Positions 56,180 through 64,000 of a stretch of DNA of 64,000 nucleotides are shown one piece after another (position 1 is the first letter of the stretch; every line of letters starts with the position of its first letter). The stretch lies in NCBI GenBank assembly GCA_003524085.1, contig DOEC01000006.1, positions 1,146 through 65,145 of the forward strand, in the 5' to 3' direction. The position numbers and the translations under genes were made by a program. Origin of the DNA: Bacillota bacterium. Lineage in GTDB: Bacteria > Bacillota_I > Bacilli_A > RF39 > UBA660. The notes below the pieces were generated by a model. The model saw nothing but the letters and a program-made list of their open reading frames with translations. It did not search any database and had not been told where the DNA came from.

Positions 56180-57715
56180 TTATTCAAAATAATCAATATC
56201 TTCTAGAAAGTCGTCGTCAGTATTTTCTTCTTTGGTTTCTTGTTCTTCACTACTATTTACTTTTTTCTCAGTTGTATTTTCAATTTCTACAGGCTCTTCA
56301 CTAGATGTTTCTTGAGTCTCTACAGAACTACTTTCTTTAGTTTCTTCTTCGTCTTCATCATACATTGAAGTTTTAACTAATTCTTCTTTTATTTTAGGAG
56401 CTTTATTTGTTTGTGTGTCGTCTCCTCTAGACCAAATACTTTCTATTTCTTCTTTTATAACATCAACGTTAACATATAAGTATTGTTGTTCATTATATAA
56501 ACTATTTATTCTGTTAGTGTATTCAAGTTGTTTAATCTTGTCTTCAAATTTACTTAAAGTATCTACTCCATCATTTTGAATTCTATCGTTAAGTATCTCT
56601 AGACTTCTTTCTTCTTTAATTATTTCGTTATGTAAGTTATTGTAGTTTATATCCAAGTTTCTTAACTCTTCATTAAAGTTTTCTATATCTAGTTCATACT
56701 TATTTTCTAAGAATTTATCACTATTTATTTCGTCGTTTAATAAATTTATGATACTAGCATATTCGCTTTCTAAGTTGTTTAAATTTGACTCATTAAATAA
56801 TAATTCTTCAAGAGTTTTAAGCTTTTCTTCTTTTTTAAGTCTTTCAATTCTAGTACTAAGGAAAAGATTTTTTGACTCGTCAATAAGAGTATTTAACTCT
56901 TCTTTTCTTTTTTCTATTCCAGTAATAGTACTTTTAAATGTTTCAATTCTTTTGTTATGATATTTAGTTTTCTCAAATAAACTTTCTTTGATTTCGTCAC
57001 TTGAGTAATTATTTTTTTCTAAAACGTTAGTTATATCATTTTTCTTGTTGTTGTATAGATCAATTAATTCAAAGATATTGCTACCTTTTATTTCATCTAA
57101 AGTACGTTCGTAATTATTTTTAGCACGTTCTGTTAAAGTATCAAGTAAGTCTTTTACTTCCACTAAAGATCTATTGTTTTTAAAAGCACTAAGTAGTTCA
57201 GTTCCAATTAATATAGAATTCTTTTCTTTGTTATCAAGTGCTTCATTTACTAAAGATAATTCTCTTTCTAAAGTGTTAAGATAAACTTCATCCTTACTTT
57301 TGTCTGAATCATCAGTATAACTTAAATTATCAAGTTTGTAGTTTACTACTTCTATTAGTTCTTCAACACTATTAAGTTCTTTAGTAATAACTTCAATGTC
57401 GCCAGTAGTTTTTGCTTTAACTTTGCATTTTAAAGTTTTATCATTTAGCTTAAGTTCTAATTCACTCTTCTGATTTTTTAAATTGTTTAATGTTTCTGTT
57501 AAGTATTTTTTTTCTTCTTCGTCTTTAATCTTCTTATCTTTGTCAATATAGTCGTGAGTGTCTAGCTTACTTTTAATACTATCTATTTCTTCAGTTAAGT
57601 AGTTCTTTCTTGACTCTAGATAGTCAGTATCTTCTAGTACTCTTAAGTCAGTTATTTTGTAACCACTCTTTTTGACAAGTATACCAATTAAGTCTTCTAA
57701 TGCACGATAGTTCAT
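56180..57715 (-). CDS. Long coiled-coil protein with acidic tail (paralog B)
   Basis: 511 aa. N-terminus LEDLIGILVKKSGYKI, heptad-rich K/E/N body, a conserved YLYVNVDVIKEEIESIWS block, and a D/E/S-rich C-terminus ending DDFLEDIDYFE. Confidence 0.6.
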   Translation of the reverse strand: MNYRALEDLIGILVKKSGYKITDLRVLEDTDYLESRKNYLTEEIDSIKSKLDTHDYIDKDKKIKDEEEKKYLTETLNNLKNQKSELELKLNDKTLKCKVKAKTTGDIEVITKELNSVEELIEVVNYKLDNLSYTDDSDKSKDEVYLNTLERELSLVNEALDNKEKNSILIGTELLSAFKNNRSLVEVKDLLDTLTERAKNNYERTLDEIKGSNIFELIDLYNNKKNDITNVLEKNNYSSDEIKESLFEKTKYHNKRIETFKSTITGIEKRKEELNTLIDESKNLFLSTRIERLKKEEKLKTLEELLFNESNLNNLESEYASIINLLNDEINSDKFLENKYELDIENFNEELRNLDINYNNLHNEIIKEERSLEILNDRIQNDGVDTLSKFEDKIKQLEYTNRINSLYNEQQYLYVNVDVIKEEIESIWSRGDDTQTNKAPKIKEELVKTSMYDEDEEETKESSSVETQETSSEEPVEIENTTEKKVNSSEEQETKEENTDDDFLEDIDYFE

Positions 57716-57719
57716 ATTA

Positions 57720-59045
57720 TCACCAATCCAATTCTATTCTTTTATTTTTCTTTTCTTCTGCTTTTACTTCTTCTTTAATAACTTCTTTAGTTTCTTCTTT
57801 TACAGGTTTTTCTTCTAAAGCTAGTTCTTCTTTTCCTAAAATTTCTTCTAAACTTTTAACAGGTTCAGCTTTAATAACTTCTGGGACTATTTGTTTAGTC
57901 TCTTCTATTACTTCACTAGGTATTTCTTCTTCACTGCTAATAACTACTTCTTTATCAACATTTTTTTCTGTAAAAGTATCACTTTCTTTAAAATCATTGT
58001 TAACAACTTCTTGTTTATCCACATTTATTTTTGTGTTTGACCATTCTTTTATAAGTTCTTCTTTAACTTTACTAGCGTCAACATAGATTACATCTTTTTT
58101 ATTTTTTAAATAATCTATTTCAAGTCTAATCTTTTCTTTCTCATTGATGTCTATTATTCTTTCCGTCGTGTTAACGTAATTATCTTCTTTTAGTTTGTTA
58201 GATACATTATTCATTTTTGTAGTACATTTATCAAGCTCGTCTAGTAAAATTTCTTTTTTATTATTATTGTTAGTTCTGTTATTTCTAACATTTTCTAACA
58301 TCTTTTCTGCTTTTTCTAATGTATCTTTATTTCTTTCTTGTTTGCTTTCTAAATCATTTTTTGCATTTTCTAGTCTTTCGTATACTTCAAATGAGATGTC
58401 TGTATTTACTCCTTCATTAAGAACTCTGTCTATTCTTGTAAGGTCTTTATCTAACTTATCAATGTAATCTTTTATCTTATTAACAATGTTTACATCTTTT
58501 AACTCTACTTCTCTTAATTCGTCTAATTCCTTATTAACTGTTTTTAATTCAGCATTAAGTGAGTCTATTTTGTTGTCAAGATAAGCTTTGTATTTCTCGT
58601 CCATTTCTCTTTCTTCAGTATTCTTGTATTCGTAAGTATTAATTTTATCATTTAGTTCATTATACTTACTTTCAAGTTCATTAAGTCTTGTGTAAAGATT
58701 ACCAGCACTTAAGTTTTCTGTTCCTTTACTTGCAAGATTACCAAGAAGTTCTATTCTAGCTTTAACACTTGTATACTCTTTCCCTTCTTTATATGCATTA
58801 AGTAAGCTTTTACCAACTATTTCAGCGTTGTTTTCCCAATTTGCTTGTCTTAGTTTTAATGCATCTATTATTTTACTAAGAGTTTTTTGATTATTGCTAC
58901 CTTCTTTTTCACTTTGTAATTTCTTTATACTTTCTTTTGTCTTAGCAAGTTCTTCTTCACTATAGTTACTGTTAATGTCAAATCCAGCTTTCTTTACAAG
59001 TAAACTTACTAAACTTTTTATTGCTTCAAAATTATTGTTCATCAC
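57720..59045 (-). CDS. Long coiled-coil protein with acidic tail (paralog A)
   Basis: 441 aa. N-terminus IKSLVSLLVKKAGFDI, a conserved VIYVDASKVKEELIKEWS block, and an E/K/V-rich C-terminus. Confidence 0.6.
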   Translation of the reverse strand: MMNNNFEAIKSLVSLLVKKAGFDINSNYSEEELAKTKESIKKLQSEKEGSNNQKTLSKIIDALKLRQANWENNAEIVGKSLLNAYKEGKEYTSVKARIELLGNLASKGTENLSAGNLYTRLNELESKYNELNDKINTYEYKNTEEREMDEKYKAYLDNKIDSLNAELKTVNKELDELREVELKDVNIVNKIKDYIDKLDKDLTRIDRVLNEGVNTDISFEVYERLENAKNDLESKQERNKDTLEKAEKMLENVRNNRTNNNNKKEILLDELDKCTTKMNNVSNKLKEDNYVNTTERIIDINEKEKIRLEIDYLKNKKDVIYVDASKVKEELIKEWSNTKINVDKQEVVNNDFKESDTFTEKNVDKEVVISSEEEIPSEVIEETKQIVPEVIKAEPVKSLEEILGKEELALEEKPVKEETKEVIKEEVKAEEKKNKRIELDW

Positions 59046-59178
59046 TAACCACCTTATTTTCCTATTAATATGATATCATAATTATTTGTCAATTACAATT
59101 TTCATTTTTTAGACAATGAGTTTACAAAAAAAGCTAGACAAAGTGTCTAGTTAAAATGTCTTATTTTTGTAAATTATA

Positions 59179-60177
59179 CTATAATGTTTTCGTTTCATTA
59201 TTAAGTTCAGTTTTGTATGAAGTGATAGCTTCTTTTAAATCACTTTCTATTTTATATATTCCTAATGCTTTAGAAAAACTTTGTAAGTCAGTCCTGTAAG
59301 GTATGGAGAATGCTTGGTAAATGTTGTTTATATATGCTTTATCACTCTTTAATTTATCATACATATAATAACCATACACACATCCGAAAATATAATATAA
59401 ACTTCTTTGTGGGTGTAAGTCTTCTATTTCACTAGCAAAATAATCTTTTATTTTTGATAACTCTCTGTTATAGCTTTCTTCAGTCATTTTCCCGTATAGT
59501 TTTTTATAACTATCATACTCGAAGTCTCCAAAAGTAAAGTAAACATTAATGAATGCCATAATACGTATTAAATAACTTTTATTTAAAGTGTTCTTAAACC
59601 TTAGTTTTCTAACATACTTCATTTCTTCATTGTATCCCATACTGGATAACTCGTCTTCCATCAAGAATTCAGTAAATATTGCTAGGCTTTCACTCACCAT
59701 ATGGTCAGTTGTATTTTCAGGTATTCCAACAGTGTAATGAGCTAGTTCATGGGCAAATATTACTGCGTCAGTTATGTATCCTGAGTTTGGTATAGAGATA
59801 AATCTAAAATCGTCTTTTATTCCTGCACATCCAGCAACTATACCTTCATGTATACTTGGTAAATAGTCTTTATCATACTCATATTCTCTAAAATCAATTG
59901 TACCATCAGATAATATTTTATCAATTGTTTCATTACTTATTGGATAGTTATACTTTTTAAAAATTTTTTTAACTAAATCTATTTTTGTAAGTAAATCAAG
60001 TCTTTTATAATTTTCTAAGTCAACTTTGCTAAACTTTACATCAGCTAATTCTTCTTTTAGGTCTAAATATAATTCACTTATTTTAATAATTAAATTCAAG
60101 TTAGCTAATGTAATACCACTTAGTTTATTTTTAGATAAAAATTCATCTAACTTTATCTTTAATTCTTCGTTAGTCAT
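59179..60177 (-). CDS. Small HExxH (gluzincin/M3-like) metallopeptidase-like protein, paralog 2
   Basis: 332 aa. ITDAVIFAHELAHYTVGIPE...SESLAIFTEFLME. It overlaps the SPFH gene stop by 8 nt. Confidence 0.55.
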   Translation of the reverse strand: MTNEELKIKLDEFLSKNKLSGITLANLNLIIKISELYLDLKEELADVKFSKVDLENYKRLDLLTKIDLVKKIFKKYNYPISNETIDKILSDGTIDFREYEYDKDYLPSIHEGIVAGCAGIKDDFRFISIPNSGYITDAVIFAHELAHYTVGIPENTTDHMVSESLAIFTEFLMEDELSSMGYNEEMKYVRKLRFKNTLNKSYLIRIMAFINVYFTFGDFEYDSYKKLYGKMTEESYNRELSKIKDYFASEIEDLHPQRSLYYIFGCVYGYYMYDKLKSDKAYINNIYQAFSIPYRTDLQSFSKALGIYKIESDLKEAITSYKTELNNETKTL

Positions 60178-60922
60178 TCTTTTTAGTCAATCCTTCTATT
60201 GCTTTTAATACTTCAATAGGAAGTGCAAATATTACTGTGTTACTTTGATCACTACTTAAATCGTTTAGAGTTTCAAGAGTTCTTAAATGTAAAGCACCAG
60301 GCGCCATGCTTAAGTTTTCTGCTGCCTTTTTAAGGTTCTCACTTGCTTCTACTTCACCGTGGGCTTTTGTGATAACTGCTAGTTTTTCTCTTTCAGCTTC
60401 TGCAACACGAGCAATTACTCTTTTCATTTCTTCAGGTAAACTGATATCTTTTAATTCTACGTTTTCAACTTTTATTCCCCATGGGTCAGTTGCCTCGTCT
60501 ACTATTTTACATATTTCAGTACTTATTTTATCTCTTTCACTTAATAATTCGTCTAGGCTTACACTACCAACTGCATTTCTCATTGTTGTCTGCGCTAGTT
60601 GACTTACTGCATAATTAAAGTTTTCAACTGCAAGTATTGCTTTAGATGCATCAAATATCTTATAGTATAATACTGCATTAATTTTAATTGATACGTTATC
60701 TTTTGTAATTGCTTCTTGTTCTGGTACGTCCACTGCTTTTGTTCTTATGTCAACTTTTTTAAATGAGTCAATAACCGGTAAGATTAAATTCCAACCTGGG
60801 TTCATTATCTTTTTAAACTTACCAAATCTAAATTTTATTCCCCTTTCATATTCGTTAATTTGTCTTATAGAACTAAATATTACAATTAGTACTATAACTG
60901 CTACAGGTATTAACAATTCCAT
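60170..60922 (-). CDS. SPFH-domain (stomatin/slipin-like) membrane protein
   Basis: 250 aa with an N-terminal TM. INEYERGIKFRFGKF and the band-7 core. A coiled region is EAEREKLAVITKAHGEVEAS. Confidence 0.85.
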   Translation of the reverse strand: MELLIPVAVIVLIVIFSSIRQINEYERGIKFRFGKFKKIMNPGWNLILPVIDSFKKVDIRTKAVDVPEQEAITKDNVSIKINAVLYYKIFDASKAILAVENFNYAVSQLAQTTMRNAVGSVSLDELLSERDKISTEICKIVDEATDPWGIKVENVELKDISLPEEMKRVIARVAEAEREKLAVITKAHGEVEASENLKKAAENLSMAPGALHLRTLETLNDLSSDQSNTVIFALPIEVLKAIEGLTKKND

Positions 60923-60957
60923 ATTCTTCTCCTCCTTTATTTTAACGGTACTATTTT

Positions 60958-61959
60958 TTACCTTATTTTTTCATGTCTATTTAATTCATCTATTGTGTCA
61001 GCAACCTCTTTTTTTAAATCAAACAACGTTACTTCTATTGCTTTTAAAAACTCAATTAGATCGTATTCACTATACTTATAAGACTTTTTAATTACATTAA
61101 TATACGACTTATCACTTATAAATCTTTTTGCAATATTTCTACCTACTAGACATCCAATTAAGTATCTCATTTTAATTGTAATGTTAGTTCTTCTATCATA
61201 TGCATCTTCTGTTTCATTTTCTCTCTTTTCTAGAAAATACTTTACATCATTTATTATATAATCATATTCTTCAAAAGATAACCCAGGAAACAATCTAGAC
61301 ATTCTTTCTTTTGAAATATCTTTAAAAGCCATATATGTTTCTAAAACGTATAATGTGTTATAGATTTCTTTAGTGCAGCTATATGCATTAGCAACTCTTA
61401 TTTTTGTAAATAAACGTGTATCTTTTTGATAGCCCATTTTATCAAGATTTTCAAGCATTAAACTTTCTACAAAAATTGCATATATTTCTGACTTAAATGT
61501 GTCGTTATAAGATTCTGGACAACCATAAATGTAATGTGCTAGCTCATGTGAAAGCATTACTGCATCTGTAACTTTGCCATTGTTTGTTATAGTTACTTTG
61601 GGAGTTTCATTCCAAACCACACTAGTAGAACCAATAATTTTATCATAGTCACTTCTACTATTTGATGGGTCATTAAATACAATTACACCATTATTAATTA
61701 GCTTATCTATATCAATATTTTCAAGCTGCACACAATATTTAGAAAACAATTCTTTAGTTAACTTAATTGAACTACTAATATCCATGTCACTTATTTGTCT
61801 CATATTAATATCTTTATATTTAAAATCTATTAAATATGGTCCTAATTTAATATACTTTTTGGCTATTTGTATAAATGCGCCTAAATCATTTAATAATTCT
61901 TCGTCGTCTATTTTATCAACTAGTTCTTTTACTTTTTCTTTTAGCTCATCATCACTCAT
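60958..61959 (-). CDS. Small HExxH (gluzincin/M3-like) metallopeptidase-like protein, paralog 1
   Basis: 333 aa. VTDAVMLSHELAHYIYGCPE...SEIYAIFVESLML. It is collinear with 59179..60177. Confidence 0.55.
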   Translation of the reverse strand: MSDDELKEKVKELVDKIDDEELLNDLGAFIQIAKKYIKLGPYLIDFKYKDINMRQISDMDISSSIKLTKELFSKYCVQLENIDIDKLINNGVIVFNDPSNSRSDYDKIIGSTSVVWNETPKVTITNNGKVTDAVMLSHELAHYIYGCPESYNDTFKSEIYAIFVESLMLENLDKMGYQKDTRLFTKIRVANAYSCTKEIYNTLYVLETYMAFKDISKERMSRLFPGLSFEEYDYIINDVKYFLEKRENETEDAYDRRTNITIKMRYLIGCLVGRNIAKRFISDKSYINVIKKSYKYSEYDLIEFLKAIEVTLFDLKKEVADTIDELNRHEKIR

Positions 61960-61963
61960 TTAT

Positions 61964-63034
61964 TCACTCCCCTATTTCTTTATTTTTCTCTATATTAACA
62001 CTACTAATCTCGTCAAATCTTTTGCTTATTTTATCAGTAGTAATATGGATATCTCTAACATCTTTGTTAACTGTCTCCATGTGTTGACTAAGTTTATCCC
62101 ACCTTTCTTTATAACGCATAAATTCTTCTCCTAGTTTATTTAATTCAGTGTGAATAATACTTGTATATTTATCTCTTTCCATACCCATTAAAATTGCTTG
62201 AACAAGTGTAAGTAAACTCATTAATGTAGTAGGACTTGCAATATAAACGTGCCTTGAATAGGCGTAGTTGATAAGGTTTGGATGGTATGCATTTATTTCA
62301 GCAAATATAGCTTCAGCTGGTAAAAACATTATTGCTTCATCTGATGTTTCTCCACTTATTATGTACTTACTTCCAATTGCATCAATATGTTTTTTCACAT
62401 CACTTTCAAACATCTTTTCTCTTCTTATTCTTTCTTCATCTGTTATTCCTTTTTCTAGCATATATCTATAGTTCTCCAATGGAAACTTTGAGTCAATACA
62501 AATTCTACCTAATGGAGATGGTGCAAAAACTATCGCGTCAGCAATAACGCCCGTACTTAAAGAATATTGTAAACTATAAACTTTATCATTCTTATCTCCG
62601 AAAACACTAGATAATATTTGATGCAAATTAACTTCTCCAAAAATACCACGACTTTTCTTATCCGTTAACACTGACTGTAAACTCACTATATCATTAGATA
62701 GCCCATCTATTTTCTTTTGTGCCTCGTCTATTTTAGCAAGACGCTCTAAAACTGACGCAAAAGTCTTGTTAGTCTTTTCAAAATTCACATCAAGTCTTTC
62801 ATTAACTTTATCATTAATCATATTAAGTTTGTGCTCTATTCTATCATTTAGTTTATCAAAGTCACTAGTTAAATCTCTAGAAAAATTTAACTTAAAATCT
62901 CCAATTTCCCTTATAATATCTCCTTCTACCTTACTTAAAGAAATATCATTTTCCTTATTCTTTTTAATATTTAATAACACTATAATTAACAATATTACTA
63001 CTAATACAACTAAACCTAATATTACATACTCCAT
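61964..63034 (-). CDS. rmuC: DNA recombination protein RmuC
   Basis: Track ORF to 63049, with the start moved to MEYVILG after an AGGAG RBS. It has an N-terminal TM, a coiled coil, and the RmuC C-domain (RGIFGEVNL, VIADAIVF, CIDSKFPLENY, MFLPAEAIF). Confidence 0.85.
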   Translation of the reverse strand: MEYVILGLVVLVVILLIIVLLNIKKNKENDISLSKVEGDIIREIGDFKLNFSRDLTSDFDKLNDRIEHKLNMINDKVNERLDVNFEKTNKTFASVLERLAKIDEAQKKIDGLSNDIVSLQSVLTDKKSRGIFGEVNLHQILSSVFGDKNDKVYSLQYSLSTGVIADAIVFAPSPLGRICIDSKFPLENYRYMLEKGITDEERIRREKMFESDVKKHIDAIGSKYIISGETSDEAIMFLPAEAIFAEINAYHPNLINYAYSRHVYIASPTTLMSLLTLVQAILMGMERDKYTSIIHTELNKLGEEFMRYKERWDKLSQHMETVNKDVRDIHITTDKISKRFDEISSVNIEKNKEIGE

Positions 63035-63055
63035 ACTATCACTCCTCATAATTCA

Positions 63056-63084
63056 ATTTTAACATAAGCCAATTACATTGTCAA
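63056..63084 (-). promoter_or_regulatory. rmuC promoter
   Basis: On the minus strand: TTGACA (63079-63084), 17 nt, TAAAAT (63056-63061). Confidence 0.6.
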
Positions 63085-63155
63085 CCTTTTGTTCGCTAAT
63101 TTTGTAATAAAAAAATTCTACTACAAACATCTTTCACTTCTCATATTTAAATAAC

Positions 63156-63188
63156 AAATATAAAACAGTAGAGTTTTAGTTCTACTGC
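63156..63188 (-). terminator. Rho-independent terminator downstream of the DGR template repeat
   Basis: On the minus strand: CAGTAGA, 8-nt loop, TCTACTG, then TTTTATATTT. Confidence 0.65.
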
Positions 63189-63413
63189 TTTATATTGGTA
63201 AATACCTAGATCCGTTATTTACTCTGTTTCGGGTTTCCTACTAAAGAGTAAGGACTGACATTTACTGTATTCAAGTTATTTCTAACTTAGGAAATAAACT
63301 TGTTTCTCTACATCTTAGTCTACTATAACATTTGTTATGACTTTTCTTTTAAATTTAAACTCATTAACGAAATAATTTTTACAATATATTTCAAGCTTAA
63401 CTCTAGAGAAGTT

Positions 63414-63531
63414 GGCGGGACGCACGGCGTTAGTGTTGTCCACGTTGTTGTTGTTCAAATTCGCATTGTCGGAATTCCAGTTCCACACGTTCGCGTTCCC
63501 ATTGTTCCAATTGTTAGGAGACAAGGACCAC
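63414..63531 (-). repeat. DGR-like template repeat (TR), adenine-rich
   Basis: 118 nt. The minus strand reads TGG TCC TTG TCT CCT AAC AAT TGG AAC AAT GGG AAC ... AAC GCC GTG CGT CCC GCC and aligns ungapped to 63831-63948. It lies in no long ORF, and the 72-aa N-rich track ORF here is spurious. Confidence 0.75.
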
Positions 63532-63740
63532 ACGAGTAAGGCAAGCTGAAGCCACGCGTACTTTATAGCTTATTCCTATATCAAAAGTGTTTTCACACTT
63601 GATACCAAAATTAAATTTTCACAACTGGCACTCACGCGCCAGAAAGTATTAGTCTTTCTAGCACAGGTTAGTCAGTATTCATTTTTTTGCTTACCACCAA
63701 CTTACGTCGGTGGAGCCGTCCGGATTACAAGAGTCTCAGT

Positions 63741-64000
63741 TTAGCATCCACTTGAAGTTTCCACTATTTCATATGGTGTCTCATATGTCCCATCTCCTGT
63801 ACTATATTTGATACAAGATTTGAGAGAAATGGCGGGACGCACGGCGCTTGCGGGGCGGACGCGGCGGTAGTCCAAGTACACATTGCCGGAAGCCCAGTAC
63901 CACACGTACGCGCTAGACCCATACCATTGAATAGGCGACAAGGACCACCAATATGTTGATACTTGAGAACCAGTACTATTACTAATAAACCATGCATATG
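63741..64000 (-). CDS. C-terminal part of a DGR target (variable) protein, open to the window edge
   Basis: The frame of track ORF 63741..63941 has no stop up to position 64000. It reads ...YAWFISNSTGSQVSTYWWSLSPIQWYGSSAYVWYWASGNVYLDYRRVRPASAVRPAISLKSCIKYSTGDGTYETPYEIVETSSGC*. Confidence 0.7.
   Translation of the reverse strand, partial: YAWFISNSTGSQVSTYWWSLSPIQWYGSSAYVWYWASGNVYLDYRRVRPASAVRPAISLKSCIKYSTGDGTYETPYEIVETSSGC
63831..63948 (-). repeat. DGR-like variable repeat (VR) at the 3' end of the target gene
   Basis: It has the same length as the TR. Most differences sit where the TR has A. The two repeats share the 3' GC-rich 16-mer CGCCGTGCGTCCCGCC (IMH-like). Confidence 0.75.

Noticed and set aside
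63315-63533. A 72-aa Asn-rich ORF (MWSLSPNNWNNGNANVWNWN...), and the alternative-frame ORFs 63300..63539 and 63764..63997.
   Set aside because: The Asn-rich frame is the DGR template repeat read in the target-gene frame. It has no RBS and is not a protein gene. The other two are off-frame or antisense readings of the GC-rich repeats.

Overview
This is a strongly AT-rich chromosomal segment of a spore-forming low-GC Firmicute. Sporulation markers include spoIIGA-sigE, yunB, a yutH/cotS-like gene, yutD and dacB-like genes. All family calls come from motifs I recognise by eye, because no database search was possible. Hand-placed coordinates for small features may be off by 1-2 nt.

Most genes lie on the minus strand. 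Core content:
- Cell wall and envelope: mraY (partial), a class B PBP, ltaS, acpS, uppP.
- Transcription and SOS: lexA, nusG, secE, and a Y-family polymerase with a yolD-like partner.
- Metabolism and transport: an arginine deiminase operon (arcA-arcB-arcC plus a YfcC-type carrier), an amino-acid ABC transporter, miaB.
- RNA genes: archaeal-type proS behind a Pro T-box leader, tRNA-Ala, and a 12-tRNA array.
- rmuC.

Observations most worth a second look:
1. A diversity-generating-retroelement-like TR/VR pair sits at the right edge (63414-63948). No reverse transcriptase is visible in the window.
2. A dlt-like surface-aminoacylation operon (26430-31818) carries an embedded type III PLP decarboxylase.
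3. Three tandem mosaic DUF1016/YhcG PD-(D/E)XK nuclease paralogs are accompanied by two remnants and a duplicated attenuator-like leader.
4. A 669-aa protein (37221-39230) is an internal duplication of a wHTH-metallophosphoesterase unit, and its first copy is degenerate.
5. An SPFH gene is flanked by two paralogous small HExxH proteins and followed by two paralogous coiled-coil proteins.
6. A full-length transketolase homolog lacks the cofactor and catalytic residues.
7. Three SOS-type promoters share a non-canonical palindrome, and an unannotated 51-aa membrane gene lies divergent from lexA.
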